64,000 bases of DNA from an uncultured Spirochaetaceae bacterium (GTDB taxonomy: Bacteria > Spirochaetota > Spirochaetia > Sphaerochaetales > Sphaerochaetaceae), in NCBI GenBank assembly GCA_944389105.1, contig CALXLD010000001.1, positions 1,209 through 65,208 of the forward strand. Reading direction: 5' to 3'. Shown one piece after another: positions 19,478 through 30,364 of this stretch. The position numbers and the translations under genes were made by a program. Numbering within the stretch: position 1 is the stretch's first letter; every line of letters starts with the position of its first letter. The notes beneath the pieces are model-generated. The model was given only the letters and a program-made list of their open reading frames with translations, ran no database searches and had not been told where the DNA came from.

Positions 19478-19525
19478 AAAGAGAGAGTAGCACGTTAAAG
19501 GGTATTCACAAAGATTCTTTTTGAT

Positions 19526-19897
19526 GTGAAAATCCTCAATATGCTGAAACTTCTTCTGATATCCCTAGCTTTTCTGTCTCCGCTTTATGCTGTAGCCCCG
19601 GTCTCCGGGACTGTAGGTAAAGTACAATGCACCATTGTTCCGGAATCAATTACAGAGACAGCCCTGAAAGCAGCGGCAGAGGAGTATACAGAGGCGTGGC
19701 TTGATAAATATGCCGTGGACAAGATTTCCTTCGGCGAGGCTTATTCTGAGATCCTCTCTTCCTCCCTTCCTCTCGATAACCCCATAGCTGGAGAAGAGAA
19801 GAATAATGCCGTCACGCTCAGAAGCCTTGCGGACGGCACGATTCTTTCATTTGTATTTGCAGATGGACGGATTGCCGCTGTCAGCGAATCCCCCTGA
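19526..19897 (+). CDS. hypothetical exported protein
   Basis: Signal peptide MLKLLLISLAFLSPLYA. I recognise no family motif. The 3' end overlaps pepF by 17 nt. Confidence 0.5.
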   Translation: MKILNMLKLLLISLAFLSPLYAVAPVSGTVGKVQCTIVPESITETALKAAAEEYTEAWLDKYAVDKISFGEAYSEILSSSLPLDNPIAGEEKNNAVTLRSLADGTILSFVFADGRIAAVSESP

Positions 19898-21659
19898 GTG
19901 TCTTGAAGCGCTCAAGGAGAGCTGCAAAATGCTCTGTTGCTGCCTTCACTGGTGCCGGAGTACTCATATCCACTCCAGCTTTCCTGAGTGACTCGATCGG
20001 GAATGCAGACCCTCCTGATTTAAGGAAGGAAAGATAATCTTCCTTTTCTTTCTCACCGCCTGAAAGCACACGTTCGGAAAGTGCTATTGATGCAGAGATA
20101 CCTGTAGCATACTTATAGCAGTAGAATGCATTGTAGAAATGAGGAATCCTAAGTCCTTCCAGATCGCTTACTTCCTCGAATTCCATCATAGGACCGAAAT
20201 AAGCAGTAAGAAGCTTCCTGTATTCCGTTCTCATGACCTCAAGCGTCACTGGCATCTTCTTCTCTGCAAGGCTGTGGATGATGAGCTCGAATTCCGCAAA
20301 CATCGTCTGTCTGAAAAGGGTAGCTACTTCATCATCAAGATTCTTCCCTATGATATATGCTTCCTCATCATCTGACTCTGCATGGTCAATGAGATATCTG
20401 GAAAGAAGATTCTCATTGAATGTCGAAGCAGTTTCTGCCTCGAAGATAGAGTAGTCATAATTCATATAGGGATTGTTCCTTACTGAGTACCATGTATGCA
20501 TTGAATGCCCACCCTCGTGAATCAAGGTGAACACGGAATCAAGAACATCCTCCTCGAAGTTTGTGAGGATATATGGGTTCCCGGTGTATCCTCCTGCAGA
20601 GAAAGCTCCGCTTCTCTTTCCCTTGTTCTCATATCTATCGACCCAGCGATCGGATGTAAGTCCGTTGATGAGGGTTATCCTGTACTCTTCCCCAAGTGGT
20701 CTTACGGCTTCATTTATGATGGCAACAGCCTCTTCATAGGTATGATGGCTTCTGATTCCCGCGACCATTGGCATATATGCATCCCAGTGATGGAGTCTGT
20801 CCTTGCCAAGTACGGCTGCTTTCACCCTGTAGTATTCATGAAGGGCTGGGAATGCTTCATGGACTGTTTTTATCAGTGATGTGTATACACTTACAGGAAT
20901 TCTGTCAGGGAACAGCGCCGCTTCAAGGGATGACCGGAATCCTCTCGCTTTTGAGCGGAATATATCCTCCTGCACAGATGCTTCATACAGATCCGCTATA
21001 GTATGCTTATGCGCATCATAGCTTTTATAGTAGTTCCTGTATGCCTGCTCTCTTATATTCTCATCTGGATTCCTAAGGAAGATGGAGTAGGTGCTGTGTG
21101 TGAGCTTTTCCCCGTTTACATCATCGAAAGCCATATCTGAATTGTTTAGATCCATGAACGCTTTCTGCGAGGCTCCGGATGCAGGTAGATAAAGGCTCAT
21201 CAGGCGCTCTTCCTTCTCTGAGAGCACGTGATCCTTTTCCCTGAGCGTCTTCTTCATCCAGATCCTGTACTCCCTGAACCTTCTTTCCTTCATCCATTCT
21301 TTTATCAAAGCGGTATCTACTGACATCAGTTCCGGCGTGAAATATGAGAAACGCTCAGAGAAGTCAGCAGCAGCTGCCTGATAGGTCGCAAGCCTTCTCA
21401 TATTCTCCGGATCGGTTCCGTCCGTCTCGTACATCAGAAATGCCCAGTTTCCGATTCTCTCTGCTTCCATTGAGATGTTCTTGTAGTATTCAAGAGCCGC
21501 AAAGAGCGAGTCGGGGCTTTCTCCAAGCTTTCCTTTGAATGAAGAGGCTTTTCTGAAAGCTGCTGCAAGCTTCTTCATTGACTTATCCCATTCTTCTCCG
21601 TTCCTGACAAGTGCGGACAGATCCCATGTATTCTCCGTCTTCTGTTCATTCCTGTTCAT
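19881..21659 (-). CDS. pepF: oligoendopeptidase F (M3B)
   Basis: The zinc motif LIHEGGHSMH is present. The length (592 aa) and the N-terminus WDLSAL... are typical of PepF. Confidence 0.9.
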   Translation of the reverse strand: MNRNEQKTENTWDLSALVRNGEEWDKSMKKLAAAFRKASSFKGKLGESPDSLFAALEYYKNISMEAERIGNWAFLMYETDGTDPENMRRLATYQAAAADFSERFSYFTPELMSVDTALIKEWMKERRFREYRIWMKKTLREKDHVLSEKEERLMSLYLPASGASQKAFMDLNNSDMAFDDVNGEKLTHSTYSIFLRNPDENIREQAYRNYYKSYDAHKHTIADLYEASVQEDIFRSKARGFRSSLEAALFPDRIPVSVYTSLIKTVHEAFPALHEYYRVKAAVLGKDRLHHWDAYMPMVAGIRSHHTYEEAVAIINEAVRPLGEEYRITLINGLTSDRWVDRYENKGKRSGAFSAGGYTGNPYILTNFEEDVLDSVFTLIHEGGHSMHTWYSVRNNPYMNYDYSIFEAETASTFNENLLSRYLIDHAESDDEEAYIIGKNLDDEVATLFRQTMFAEFELIIHSLAEKKMPVTLEVMRTEYRKLLTAYFGPMMEFEEVSDLEGLRIPHFYNAFYCYKYATGISASIALSERVLSGGEKEKEDYLSFLKSGGSAFPIESLRKAGVDMSTPAPVKAATEHFAALLERFKTLRGIR

Positions 21660-22245
21660 TGATTTCCTCCTTAAGCAGTGTCAGCATCTTCCTTGCTGCT
21701 TTTCCCCTGTGCGAGTAGATATCCTTGTCACCTTCTGGAAGCTCTGCTGATATCATGCCGGCTTCATTGATGAAGAAAACAGGGTCGTACCCGAACCCGT
21801 TTGCTCCGGAAGGGGAGAGCGCTATTTCTCCTTCGCAGGTTTCCTGTATTATGTATTTCCTCTCTGGCGACAGCATCAGGCAGAGCGCTGTAACGAATGT
21901 TGCGCTCCTGTCCTCTTTCCCCTCCATATTCCTGAGAAGCAGCATATACTTTTCCTCTGCGGAAAGCTTCTTTCCATTCTCTTCCCCATATCGGGCTGTA
22001 TGTATTCCAGGAGCTCCTCCGAGCGCCCTGACCATAAGACCTGAATCATCAGCAAGGACTGGCTGATGGACAATGCTGTAAAGAGCTTCTGCTTTAATCA
22101 GGGCATTTTCAATGAATGTTGAGCCAGTTTCTTCCGGATCGAATTCTATGCCTTCTTCCTTTGGAAGAACCAGCGAGAACCCTCCTAGGAGCCTGGACAT
22201 TTCTTCTTTCTTGTGTGTATTTCCAGATGCAAAATAAAGCTTCAT
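21646..22245 (-). CDS. rdgB: non-canonical purine NTP pyrophosphatase (RdgB/HAM1)
   Basis: MKLYFASGNTHKKEEM, DDSGL, PGIHTARY and FGYDPVF. The ATG at 22245 gives the canonical N-terminus, whereas the ORF-track start is a TTG at 22275. Confidence 0.85.
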   Translation of the reverse strand: MKLYFASGNTHKKEEMSRLLGGFSLVLPKEEGIEFDPEETGSTFIENALIKAEALYSIVHQPVLADDSGLMVRALGGAPGIHTARYGEENGKKLSAEEKYMLLLRNMEGKEDRSATFVTALCLMLSPERKYIIQETCEGEIALSPSGANGFGYDPVFFINEAGMISAELPEGDKDIYSHRGKAARKMLTLLKEEINEQE

Positions 22246-22277
22246 AAGATGAATATAACCAGTGTGGGCAAACAAGG

Positions 22278-23264
22278 CTATACCGATTCTGAAATACGTT
22301 CCAGCGCTTTTCTCATTGCCTGGATATCGTAGGTGACAGTCGATCTTGAAATTCCGAGAAGATCCGAGATCTCCCTGTGGGATAACCCGCCATGGGCTTT
22401 CGCTATCTGTTCACGCCGTCTATTGTATATGTTCGAAAGCTTCATGTATTTATCGAGAAGTATGTTTCTCTTCTCCTCATCGGCTTCTAGCCAGATTGCT
22501 CTTCTTAGCTTCATCATGACTTTCCAGTGTCTGGAGGCAATAAGCTCAAGGGTAGTGAGAGTCTTTTCGTTATTCTCTGCCAGATACTCATGACGGAGGG
22601 TATAGAACCGCGATATCGTCGAGATATCATTTCTCAGAAGCCTGGAAACACCTGCAATGAATCCCGGAGTTTCCGTCTCCGGCAGCGATAGAAGATAGGA
22701 AATGAACTGTCTTCTCTTTATTGTACGCCTAAGAAGTTCCGATAGCTTTCTCTCAGCTTCTGAAAGAACCATGATTCCTTTGTCCTGGGCATGTATTATG
22801 TGTTTTGAAAGTCCTGCAAGATCCATATCAGAAACATCTTCTGCCTTGCACTGGTAGGGAACGCATTTCTCTTTTACCGGATATTCATAGATGGTGGGAT
22901 CGGAAAAGGAGATGGCCCTATCCATATTCTTCCTGTTATGGTTCCTTTTCGTATAGCGCATCACACGGTAGCGGCATATCTGAGAGAGATACATATTGTA
23001 TGTCAGCCCTGATATCCTGAATGATGATATTATCCAGTCGATATCCTTCTGTATATCGAGGAAGAATCCGCCTGCTTCTTCCTTTCTAAGATAGAGATTC
23101 CGCATCGGTATGAGATACAGGAGAAGGGAAGTGCGTTCCCTGACTTTATTCTCAAGGGAAATGAAGCTGCTTCCATCATCTCCCTGCTGTTTCATACGGT
23201 TGTATTCCAGGACCATTGCTGTGAATGCTATGTCCTCTTCTTCTTTGAATAATCTGTTTTCCAT
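22278..23264 (-). CDS. atypical sigma-70-like / HTH regulatory protein
   Basis: The C-terminal region-4-like HTH is GLSHREISDLLGISRSTVTYDIQAMRKALERI. A central segment, YNMYLSQICRYRVMRYTKR, resembles sigma region 2, and a long insert separates the two. I do not recognise a named family. Confidence 0.55.
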   Translation of the reverse strand: MENRLFKEEEDIAFTAMVLEYNRMKQQGDDGSSFISLENKVRERTSLLLYLIPMRNLYLRKEEAGGFFLDIQKDIDWIISSFRISGLTYNMYLSQICRYRVMRYTKRNHNRKNMDRAISFSDPTIYEYPVKEKCVPYQCKAEDVSDMDLAGLSKHIIHAQDKGIMVLSEAERKLSELLRRTIKRRQFISYLLSLPETETPGFIAGVSRLLRNDISTISRFYTLRHEYLAENNEKTLTTLELIASRHWKVMMKLRRAIWLEADEEKRNILLDKYMKLSNIYNRRREQIAKAHGGLSHREISDLLGISRSTVTYDIQAMRKALERISESV

Positions 23265-23321
23265 TCAATACTCCTTCCTCTTTTCCTGCAAACCGAGTGC
23301 CAAAATGGAAGAAGTATTGAA
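23264..23321 (-). promoter_or_regulatory. SD-sequestering stem-loop in the 5' leader of the sigma-like gene
   Basis: On the minus-strand RNA, UUCAAUACUUCUUCC (23321-23307) pairs with GGAAGGAGUAUUGAA (23278-23264). That gives 15 bp including one G-U, with a 28-nt loop. The 3' arm contains the SD GGAAGGAG and the A of the AUG. Confidence 0.55.
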
Positions 23322-23358
23322 TATATTCTGCAAGTTGTTATGTTATAAGGATAAAAAG

Positions 23359-24360
23359 CTATTGAACATTTTGAACAGCTGCCAAGATAGCCTCTTCAAG
23401 TCTTTCTCTGACCATTTCTTCAGCTTCGCCCAGAGTCTTTCCCGTAATAGTTGCACCTGCAGCTTTGCTGTGGCCTCCGCCGCCGAATAAAGCAGCAATG
23501 CTGCCAACATCAACACCAGCTTTGTTCTTTGATCTCAGACCTATTTCAATAGCATCCCCCTTGTCTTTCAGAAAGAGGACAGCCATAACGTTTTCAGCTT
23601 CAAGCAATGAGGCGTATACACCATCGCTGAGACGTGCGTTCTGCATCGATTCCGGCTGATAAGCTATGATCAGCCGTCCATCAAGAACTGTTCTGGATGA
23701 AAGGATTATAGAGGCAGTATCCTTTATATCCTGCAGCTTTCTGCCATCATGCATCTCATCATAGATTTCATATGGGGATATCCCTTCTGCCGTGAATGCT
23801 GACACTCTCCTAAGGCATTCAGGTGCAGCTTCAGCGGAGAGAAAATGGAAGAATCCCGTATCGGTTGCAAAACCGCGGTAGAGGTAATCTGCAGTTTCCC
23901 TATCTAGCCCAGCTCCCAGCTGTTCCCTCACGATATCGACAAGGATTGTCGTTGATGGAGAAGAGGGGACTATATAGCTCATGCCATCCTCTGTGAACGG
24001 AATACCTGAGGAATGATGATCGATTACGACTCTGCTGAGATTCTCCAGATCTCTGAATGGTTCCCCTGGCCTGTCCGGGGTGGAGCAGTCCAGGATAATC
24101 ACCAGCGGATTATTCTCGACGAAAGCCTTATCGGCTTTTTTTCTGAATCGTGGTTCGAGCTTTCTGATATCATCACGGAGAAAAGGGCCTTCATTTAAAA
24201 GAAGGACCTTCTTGCCAAGCCCTGAAAGAATTCTTTCCATGGCAAGGGATGAGTAAAGAGCATCGCCATCGGGATTGCGGTGGGCAATCACAATGGCGTA
24301 TTCAGTATCCTTTATAGCCTTTATAAGGCGTTCATCACATCGAGGGAATATAGTGTTCAT
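23359..24360 (-). CDS. nrnA: DHH/DHHA1 phosphoesterase (NrnA-type oligoribonuclease / pAp phosphatase)
   Basis: [26 protein letters not shown] and [10 protein letters not shown]. Confidence 0.8.
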   Translation of the reverse strand: MNTIFPRCDERLIKAIKDTEYAIVIAHRNPDGDALYSSLAMERILSGLGKKVLLLNEGPFLRDDIRKLEPRFRKKADKAFVENNPLVIILDCSTPDRPGEPFRDLENLSRVVIDHHSSGIPFTEDGMSYIVPSSPSTTILVDIVREQLGAGLDRETADYLYRGFATDTGFFHFLSAEAAPECLRRVSAFTAEGISPYEIYDEMHDGRKLQDIKDTASIILSSRTVLDGRLIIAYQPESMQNARLSDGVYASLLEAENVMAVLFLKDKGDAIEIGLRSKNKAGVDVGSIAALFGGGGHSKAAGATITGKTLGEAEEMVRERLEEAILAAVQNVQ

Positions 24361-25585
24361 CTTCCTTTATGATTTTAGGTTCTGTCCGTTTCTCGACATT
24401 CTCCCTGTCGACAACAACTTCCTTTACACCTGTCATTGAAGGAATTTCATAGCTTATATCCAGCATCAGGTTCTCAACAATGGACCTGAGTCCTCTTGCT
24501 CCTGTTTTCTCCTTGAATGCTTTTTCCGCTATGGCGCTTATTGCATCATCTGTGAATATGAGCTTTATGTTGTCAAGCTGGAATGAAGTCTCATACTGCC
24601 TGAGGATTGAATTCTTCGGCTCGGTTATTATTCTCTTCAGATCGGCTTCCGTGAGATTGTTCAGCGTTACATGCACAGGAAGTCTTCCGATGAATTCCGG
24701 AATCAGGCCGAATTTGATCAGATCATCAGGATGCAGCTCTTTGTAGAGCGATTCGAGATCCTTGTTCTCCTTCTTCTCGATATCAGCACCGAATCCCATA
24801 GCTGAGACTGCAATCCTCTTCTCGATGATCTTGTCCAGTCCGACAAATGCGCCTCCGCAGATAAAGAGGATATTCGAAGTGTTGATTTTCAGCATCTCCT
24901 GATTCGGATGCTTTCTTCCTCCCTGCGGCGGTACGGAAGCCACTGTTCCTTCTATAATCTTGAGCAGAGCCTGCTGAACACCTTCTCCGGATACATCGCG
25001 TGTTATTGAGACGTTCTCTCCCTTCTTTGAGATCTTATCGATCTCATCGATGAAGATGATTCCATGTTCTGCCCTCGAAATATCATAATCCGCAGCTTCT
25101 ATGAGCTTTAAAAGGATGTTCTCAACATCTTCTCCGACATAGCCGGCCTCGGTGAGGGTAGTGGCATCTGCGATTGCAAATGGAACATCAAGCTTCTTTG
25201 CAAGCGTTCTTGCAAGGAGTGTCTTTCCAGTTCCGGTCGGTCCGATCATCAGTATGTTTGACTTGTCGATCTCAACACCTGATTCTGCGATGGCACCTGC
25301 ATATTTGACTCTCTTGTAGTGGTTGTAGACAGCAACGGAGAGCACACGTTTTGCAGCATCCTGTCCGATCACATACTGATCCAGATACTCCTTGAGTTCT
25401 GCAGGAGTAGGGATGTCCTTTATATCGTTGCTTTCAGATGTTTCTGCAGCTGCACCTTTTCTGAGGATGTCTCCACATGTTTTGACACACTCTTCGCAGA
25501 TTGCCACTCCAGGACCAGAGACATATCTGACTGTTCCATCGAATGGCCGGCCGCAGAAAGAGCAGTATTTAGCGTTTCTTGCCAT
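24335..25585 (-). CDS. clpX: ATP-dependent Clp protease ATP-binding subunit ClpX
   Basis: Zinc finger CSFCG...CEEC, Walker A GPTGTGKT, Walker [10 protein letters not shown], and the IGF-loop region. Confidence 0.95.
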   Translation of the reverse strand: MARNAKYCSFCGRPFDGTVRYVSGPGVAICEECVKTCGDILRKGAAAETSESNDIKDIPTPAELKEYLDQYVIGQDAAKRVLSVAVYNHYKRVKYAGAIAESGVEIDKSNILMIGPTGTGKTLLARTLAKKLDVPFAIADATTLTEAGYVGEDVENILLKLIEAADYDISRAEHGIIFIDEIDKISKKGENVSITRDVSGEGVQQALLKIIEGTVASVPPQGGRKHPNQEMLKINTSNILFICGGAFVGLDKIIEKRIAVSAMGFGADIEKKENKDLESLYKELHPDDLIKFGLIPEFIGRLPVHVTLNNLTEADLKRIITEPKNSILRQYETSFQLDNIKLIFTDDAISAIAEKAFKEKTGARGLRSIVENLMLDISYEIPSMTGVKEVVVDRENVEKRTEPKIIKEDEHYIPSM

Positions 25586-25586
25586 A

Positions 25587-26168
25587 TTATCTTCTGATTA
25601 CCTTATCAACAATGCCGTACTGAAGAGCTGAATCAGCATCCATGTAGCAGTCACGGAGAATATCCTTTTTGATCTCCTCCTCGCTTTTGCCTGTATGGAA
25701 TGACAGGAGGCGGGATGTGACATCATATATTCTCTGCAGCTCTCTGGAGGTTACTACGATATCAGTAGCCTGTCCTTCGGCTCCGCCTGAAGGCTGATGA
25801 ATCATAACTCTTGCATTCGGGAGAATCGATCTTTTTCCTTTTTCTCCTGCAGCAAGCAGGATAGCAGCCATGGAGCATGCCTGTCCGATGCAGATTGTCT
25901 GAACCGGGCAGCGGACATACTGCATTGTGTCATAGATTGCCAATCCAGCAGTAACGCTTCCGCCAGGGCTGTTTATGTAGAGATTGATTTCCTTCTCAGG
26001 ATTCTCGCTCTCAAGAAATATAAGCTGAGCCACTACAAGATCTGCAGTTGCATCCGTAATCTCACCGTCAACGAAGATTATCCTGTCCTTCAGAAGACGG
26101 GAGAAGATATCATACTGTCTTTCGCCTGTTCCCGACTGCTCAACAACATAGGGAACAAGCGTATTCAT
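25587..26168 (-). CDS. clpP: ATP-dependent Clp protease proteolytic subunit ClpP
   Basis: [23 protein letters not shown], active-site context GQACSMAA, and MIHQP. The ORF-track GTG at 26210 would add a propeptide-like extension that overlaps tig. Confidence 0.95.
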   Translation of the reverse strand: MNTLVPYVVEQSGTGERQYDIFSRLLKDRIIFVDGEITDATADLVVAQLIFLESENPEKEINLYINSPGGSVTAGLAIYDTMQYVRCPVQTICIGQACSMAAILLAAGEKGKRSILPNARVMIHQPSGGAEGQATDIVVTSRELQRIYDVTSRLLSFHTGKSEEEIKKDILRDCYMDADSALQYGIVDKVIRR

Positions 26169-26190
26169 CCTTTCTTTCAATGTTTTCCTC

Positions 26191-27528
26191 TCAGAGACCC
26201 ATAGCTTCACTGTAGCTCTTTGTCTCTCCGGTCCTGAATGTATTGTTTTCGATCAGGAATGGAGTGACTTTGGAGAACTGAAGCTCGTCCTTGATCATAT
26301 TCTTATAGGATTCCTTGTCTGCTTCAGGAACATTCTGGAGCTGCTTCTCTGCTGCTTCGTTAAGTTCCTCATCGCTTACCTCAAAGTTCTCTGTCTCACG
26401 GATTTTTTCCATGATAAGCTGTGCCTTGAGTTCTTTGATTGTATCAGGTTTCCATTCTTCCTGGATGCTTTCCTTTGTAGAGGACTGCATCTCCATGAAC
26501 TTCTCAATCTGAGCTTCTGTCAGCCCAGTCTGGCGCACGAAGCTTCTCCAGCGGTTGTCAAGTTCAGCCTGGATCATTGACTGCGGAATCACGATCTCTG
26601 TCTCTGCTGCAAGCTTGTCAAGGATAGCTGTAATCTTCTCGTTCTTCAGGTGCTCCTCTACATTCTTCTCGAAGCGGTCCCTGATTCCCTTCCTGAGATC
26701 CTCAACTGTCTTGTACTCGTCCTTAACATCCTCTGCAAAGTCATTATCAACAGCCGGAAGCTCCTTGCTCTTGAGGGTATCAAGCTTTACGCGGAGATTT
26801 ACAGTCTTTCCAGCATAGCCTGGGACATTGTCTTCCTCGGTATATGTCTTTGTGACAGTCTTCTCGTCGCCAGCCTTCATTCCGATAACATCGCTGTCAA
26901 GCTTGTAGAAGTTGTATCCAGAGCCCAGTGTGAATGTAAAGCCATCACGCTTCGTGCTCTCGATTTCAGCTCCGTTCTCATCGAGCTCAACATAGTCGAC
27001 TGTTACGATATCGCCATTCTCTGCTTCACCATCCTTTGTCCGGATGATTGCATTCTGCTCACGATACTTCTCGATTTCCTTGTCGATATCTGCATCTGTG
27101 ACTTCGATGGAAGAGACCTCAACCTCAAGTCCCTTATATGCAGGAAGTTCAAAACGAGGAAGAACATCATATACAACAGTGAATGTGAGATCTTCATTTT
27201 CCTTGAAAGGAAGAAGTTTCTCCTCGTCCTGCAGGACAGGTGTTGAGAATACGAGCGGTGAATGCTCCTTATCGAGTGAGGAGTAAGCCTCTTTCAGTGA
27301 TTCCTCCATCAGGTCGAATGTGCTTTCCTCGCGGATCATAGCACCGAACTTTCTCTCGATGACCGATACTGGAACCTTTCCCTTCCTGAAACCAGGAATC
27401 GTTATGTCCTTGGCATACTTCTGGATTCTCTTGTTGTATGCTTCCTCTATTGAAGCCGCATCCAATGTCAGCGTAAGCGCTGCCTGGGAGTTCTCTAGCT
27501 CCTTAACGCTTTTGTCGGTAATCATCAC
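26191..27528 (-). CDS. tig: trigger factor
   Basis: The ribosome-binding motif GFRKGKVP is present, followed by an FKBP-like middle domain. The tig-clpP-clpX order is conserved. Confidence 0.92.
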   Translation of the reverse strand: MMITDKSVKELENSQAALTLTLDAASIEEAYNKRIQKYAKDITIPGFRKGKVPVSVIERKFGAMIREESTFDLMEESLKEAYSSLDKEHSPLVFSTPVLQDEEKLLPFKENEDLTFTVVYDVLPRFELPAYKGLEVEVSSIEVTDADIDKEIEKYREQNAIIRTKDGEAENGDIVTVDYVELDENGAEIESTKRDGFTFTLGSGYNFYKLDSDVIGMKAGDEKTVTKTYTEEDNVPGYAGKTVNLRVKLDTLKSKELPAVDNDFAEDVKDEYKTVEDLRKGIRDRFEKNVEEHLKNEKITAILDKLAAETEIVIPQSMIQAELDNRWRSFVRQTGLTEAQIEKFMEMQSSTKESIQEEWKPDTIKELKAQLIMEKIRETENFEVSDEELNEAAEKQLQNVPEADKESYKNMIKDELQFSKVTPFLIENNTFRTGETKSYSEAMGL

Positions 27529-27634
27529 TACCCATCCTTATATACTTTCTGATTAAATGCATGTACTGCAACTTATGTAATATAAACATTTTTTCTGCTT
27601 AAGTCACTACCTCGTGAAAAACCTTCCAATATAA

Positions 27635-27660
27635 CAAAAAAGGCTCCCTTTCAGGAGCCT
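27635..27660 (-). terminator. intrinsic terminator ending the DUF3798-type ABC operon
   Basis: On the minus strand, the GGCTCC-TGAAAG-GGAGCC hairpin is followed by TTTTT. It lies 18 nt after the stop at 27679. Confidence 0.7.
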
Positions 27661-27678
27661 CTGATGATGTATCGTGAA

Positions 27679-28209
27679 TCAGAAATCCATTGTCATATCA
27701 CCGAACATATCAGCTTCGGAGATATCTGTATCAACTGCTGCTTCACTTGCCGGAGCCTGTCCGCCTCTCTGTAGACCAAGCTGCTGAGCCATTGGGACGA
27801 ATTCCGTAAGATACTGGCTCTGATCCAGCCCTGCAAGAAGGGCAGGGAGTGATAGGACAATCTGCCTCTGGTTGACGGGAAGAGTGAACTCAGCGTCGAA
27901 TTCAACTTCATTGAAGTCATCATCCTCGTAAACGACGTGGATTGTATGCTTCTGCCTCATGACAGTTTCCTCGCGTCTCGTTCTCGGTGAGTATTCCTGC
28001 TCCTCTCCGCCATCTACGGATACCATTGCCCAGTCTAGAGCCCTGTATGATTCTCCGTCGATCTCAATGGTTCTGTTATCTACATAGACTGTGTGCTGCA
28101 TTCCGTAATGGTAAAGAAATACAGCAAGCAGAATAACAACAACAATAACTGCAAGACGTACATAGAAGGACAGGTTGAAGAAGTCCTTCAGATTCTTCTT
28201 ATCGCTCAT
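27679..28209 (-). CDS. hypothetical single-pass membrane protein co-transcribed with the ABC transporter
   Basis: N-terminal TM helix (VRLAVIVVVILLAVFLY) and an acidic C-terminal tail. The gene overlaps the upstream permease stop by 4 nt. Confidence 0.6.
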   Translation of the reverse strand: MSDKKNLKDFFNLSFYVRLAVIVVVILLAVFLYHYGMQHTVYVDNRTIEIDGESYRALDWAMVSVDGGEEQEYSPRTRREETVMRQKHTIHVVYEDDDFNEVEFDAEFTLPVNQRQIVLSLPALLAGLDQSQYLTEFVPMAQQLGLQRGGQAPASEAAVDTDISEADMFGDMTMDF

Positions 28210-29324
28210 GCCCTTGCTCCCTCCTTCTGCATGTCCGCAAGCTGTTTTGCTGACTCAGCTTTCTCTCTTCTTGTCCTGATTTCATAGAGAACAAGCGCAA
28301 GCGTAATTACGCCGTAGGAGACGAATACCCTGAAGTATTCTCCGATCTGGGCCTGTCCCATGAGTTCCCTTCCTGCCTGAGGAGTGAGAATGAACATCAG
28401 ATGGAAGAGGATGATACCAAGGAATACGTTCTTGATTGAAGCCTTGGATACCGAAGCTCCTCCAACAAGAAGTGCTGCGATACTGAACATACCGATCTGC
28501 GAATGGGAATTATATGTATTGAGAGTTCCCATGTTGGAAAGATAGAGGATCATTCCATATGCTGCGAAGACCGTTGAGATGATGATGGCAAGTATTCTTG
28601 TCCTGTCAACTTTGATACCGGCTTCCTTTGCAACCTCAAGGTCCTGTCCGACAGCCCTCATGTCCTGGCCGAGCTTTGTCTTTCTGAACCAGACAATGAC
28701 GACACAGAGCAGGGCGATAAGGATTATCGTGAGGATAGGGATATTCACTCCTCCGATCGTAATCTGCCAGTATGAATCCACCGACTGTCTTACGTTGATG
28801 AGGTCGATTGTGTTCCTTACACCATAACCGCGTGGAAGGATTACCTGATCCGAATGGATTGGGATGACAGGTCCCATGCCGTAAAGCACGACAAGCTGAT
28901 AAACACCATTCATGAAGAATGAGATCATATAGCTTGTGATCATCTCCCTGCCGCGAGCCATGTTAAGCATCTTGCCGCAGAACCATCCAAGAAGAACAGC
29001 GATAGGAGTTGCAATTATTGCAGCGAGCAGAAGCCCTGGGATTCCTACGACATTCCAGGCAGTTATGAAGATTATGCCGATCTGTCCTGCCATAGCTCCG
29101 AGTGTCATACCGAAGTTGAGACCCATACCTGCCATGATAGGAATCAGAAGGGATAGTACCAGGAAGCTGTTACGCATGATTCTTGTGATGATCTGGCCTA
29201 CAAGATACTGTCCTGAGTACCCTGCAATAGGTATACAGATCAGACAGATTACGACGAAGATGATAGGAACTATGTTATTAGCCAGAAAATTTCTGACGTC
29301 TTTATTTGTTACAGTCTTTTTCAT
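28206..29324 (-). CDS. ABC transporter permease (BMP/ribose-type)
   Basis: Polytopic, roughly 10 TM helices. The family pattern includes GGASVSKASIKNVFLG. It overlaps its neighbours by 4 nt. Confidence 0.85.
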   Translation of the reverse strand: MKKTVTNKDVRNFLANNIVPIIFVVICLICIPIAGYSGQYLVGQIITRIMRNSFLVLSLLIPIMAGMGLNFGMTLGAMAGQIGIIFITAWNVVGIPGLLLAAIIATPIAVLLGWFCGKMLNMARGREMITSYMISFFMNGVYQLVVLYGMGPVIPIHSDQVILPRGYGVRNTIDLINVRQSVDSYWQITIGGVNIPILTIILIALLCVVIVWFRKTKLGQDMRAVGQDLEVAKEAGIKVDRTRILAIIISTVFAAYGMILYLSNMGTLNTYNSHSQIGMFSIAALLVGGASVSKASIKNVFLGIILFHLMFILTPQAGRELMGQAQIGEYFRVFVSYGVITLALVLYEIRTRREKAESAKQLADMQKEGARA

Positions 29325-30364
29325 CTGCTTGCCCCCGTTTTTCTTGTCAGAGCGTAAAGAATCATACCGTTTGAAACGATGATTCTCAGAACTTCTGACA
29401 TATCTGTATGAATCAGGTTATTCATTACTGACGGGGTCATTGTAACTATTCCCTGATATAGGATCGTTCCGATGATGACGTTGACTATCGAAGCCTTGTT
29501 GACTGAAGCGCCTCCGATGAGGATTGCAGAAACGGCCGGCATAGCCATGTACATAGGTCCCTGATAGAGCTGTATAAAGCCGTAACCCTGCTGATAGCAG
29601 AGGATTCCAAGAGCGCCAAGCCATGTCGACATGATAACAGAGAGTGTTCTCTGCTTGTCGATGTTGATGCCGGAAGCTCTTGCAAATACAGGGTTTGAAC
29701 CTACAGCTGTCATAGCTGTTCCTGTCTTTGTATGGAGGAATGCCCAGATTATGAAAGCAAAGATAGCGAAGAAAAGGATCTCTCCCAGCGATATCGAAAG
29801 GCTTCCGATATTAATCTGAAGGAAGTTCTTGAGAATGTGGGAATAGAATCCATCTGTCGATATAGTTGTCCTGAGTCCGCTTCCTGAATAACCCCAGACC
29901 ATTGTCGGAGAAGTGTAGGGGAGGATCAGCCACATTATTGACATGAATGCAACCGATGAGAATCCAACGTATGTCGCAATCATCATCTCGCTTCCCTTTA
30001 CCTTGTTGAGAAGCTTTCCATATCCCCATCCGAATATGATTGCAAACGGGGTGGAATAGATTATCGCAAGAATGAAGGAAAGAGGCCCCGTGACTCCTGT
30101 CTGAATGGAAAGGGTAGCTCCAAGCAGACCTGAGATGATTCCAAGAGGAAGGCCGAAGTTGAGGCCACATCCAGAATGGATCATCGGAACCATTGCAAGG
30201 ACCATGATTGAGTTCATTCCGAAACGTGCAAGGGTATCAGTGATACCGTTGCCGACTCCGATTCCAACAAACGGTGCAATAATAAAGAGGAGCAAGAGGA
30301 AGCCTGCGATGATGAGTCTAGGCAGACCGAAAGCTCTTAGCGCTGATTTGATTTTTTCCATCAC
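29321..30364 (-). CDS. ABC transporter permease (BMP/ribose-type)
   Basis: Polytopic membrane protein with GGASVNKASIVNVIIG. It overlaps its neighbours by 4 nt. Confidence 0.85.
   Translation of the reverse strand: MMEKIKSALRAFGLPRLIIAGFLLLLFIIAPFVGIGVGNGITDTLARFGMNSIMVLAMVPMIHSGCGLNFGLPLGIISGLLGATLSIQTGVTGPLSFILAIIYSTPFAIIFGWGYGKLLNKVKGSEMMIATYVGFSSVAFMSIMWLILPYTSPTMVWGYSGSGLRTTISTDGFYSHILKNFLQINIGSLSISLGEILFFAIFAFIIWAFLHTKTGTAMTAVGSNPVFARASGINIDKQRTLSVIMSTWLGALGILCYQQGYGFIQLYQGPMYMAMPAVSAILIGGASVNKASIVNVIIGTILYQGIVTMTPSVMNNLIHTDMSEVLRIIVSNGMILYALTRKTGASR

Noticed and set aside
26650-27246. 198-aa plus-strand ORF inside tig, with similar long antisense ORFs at 40522-41085, 41101-41691, 42070-42642, 43065-43593, 58550-59110 and 62728-63162
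   Set aside because: All lie opposite genes with unmistakable family motifs (tig, ABC components, hydF, yaiI). They have no recognisable motifs, skewed composition and no RBS. These are typical frame -1/-3 shadows.
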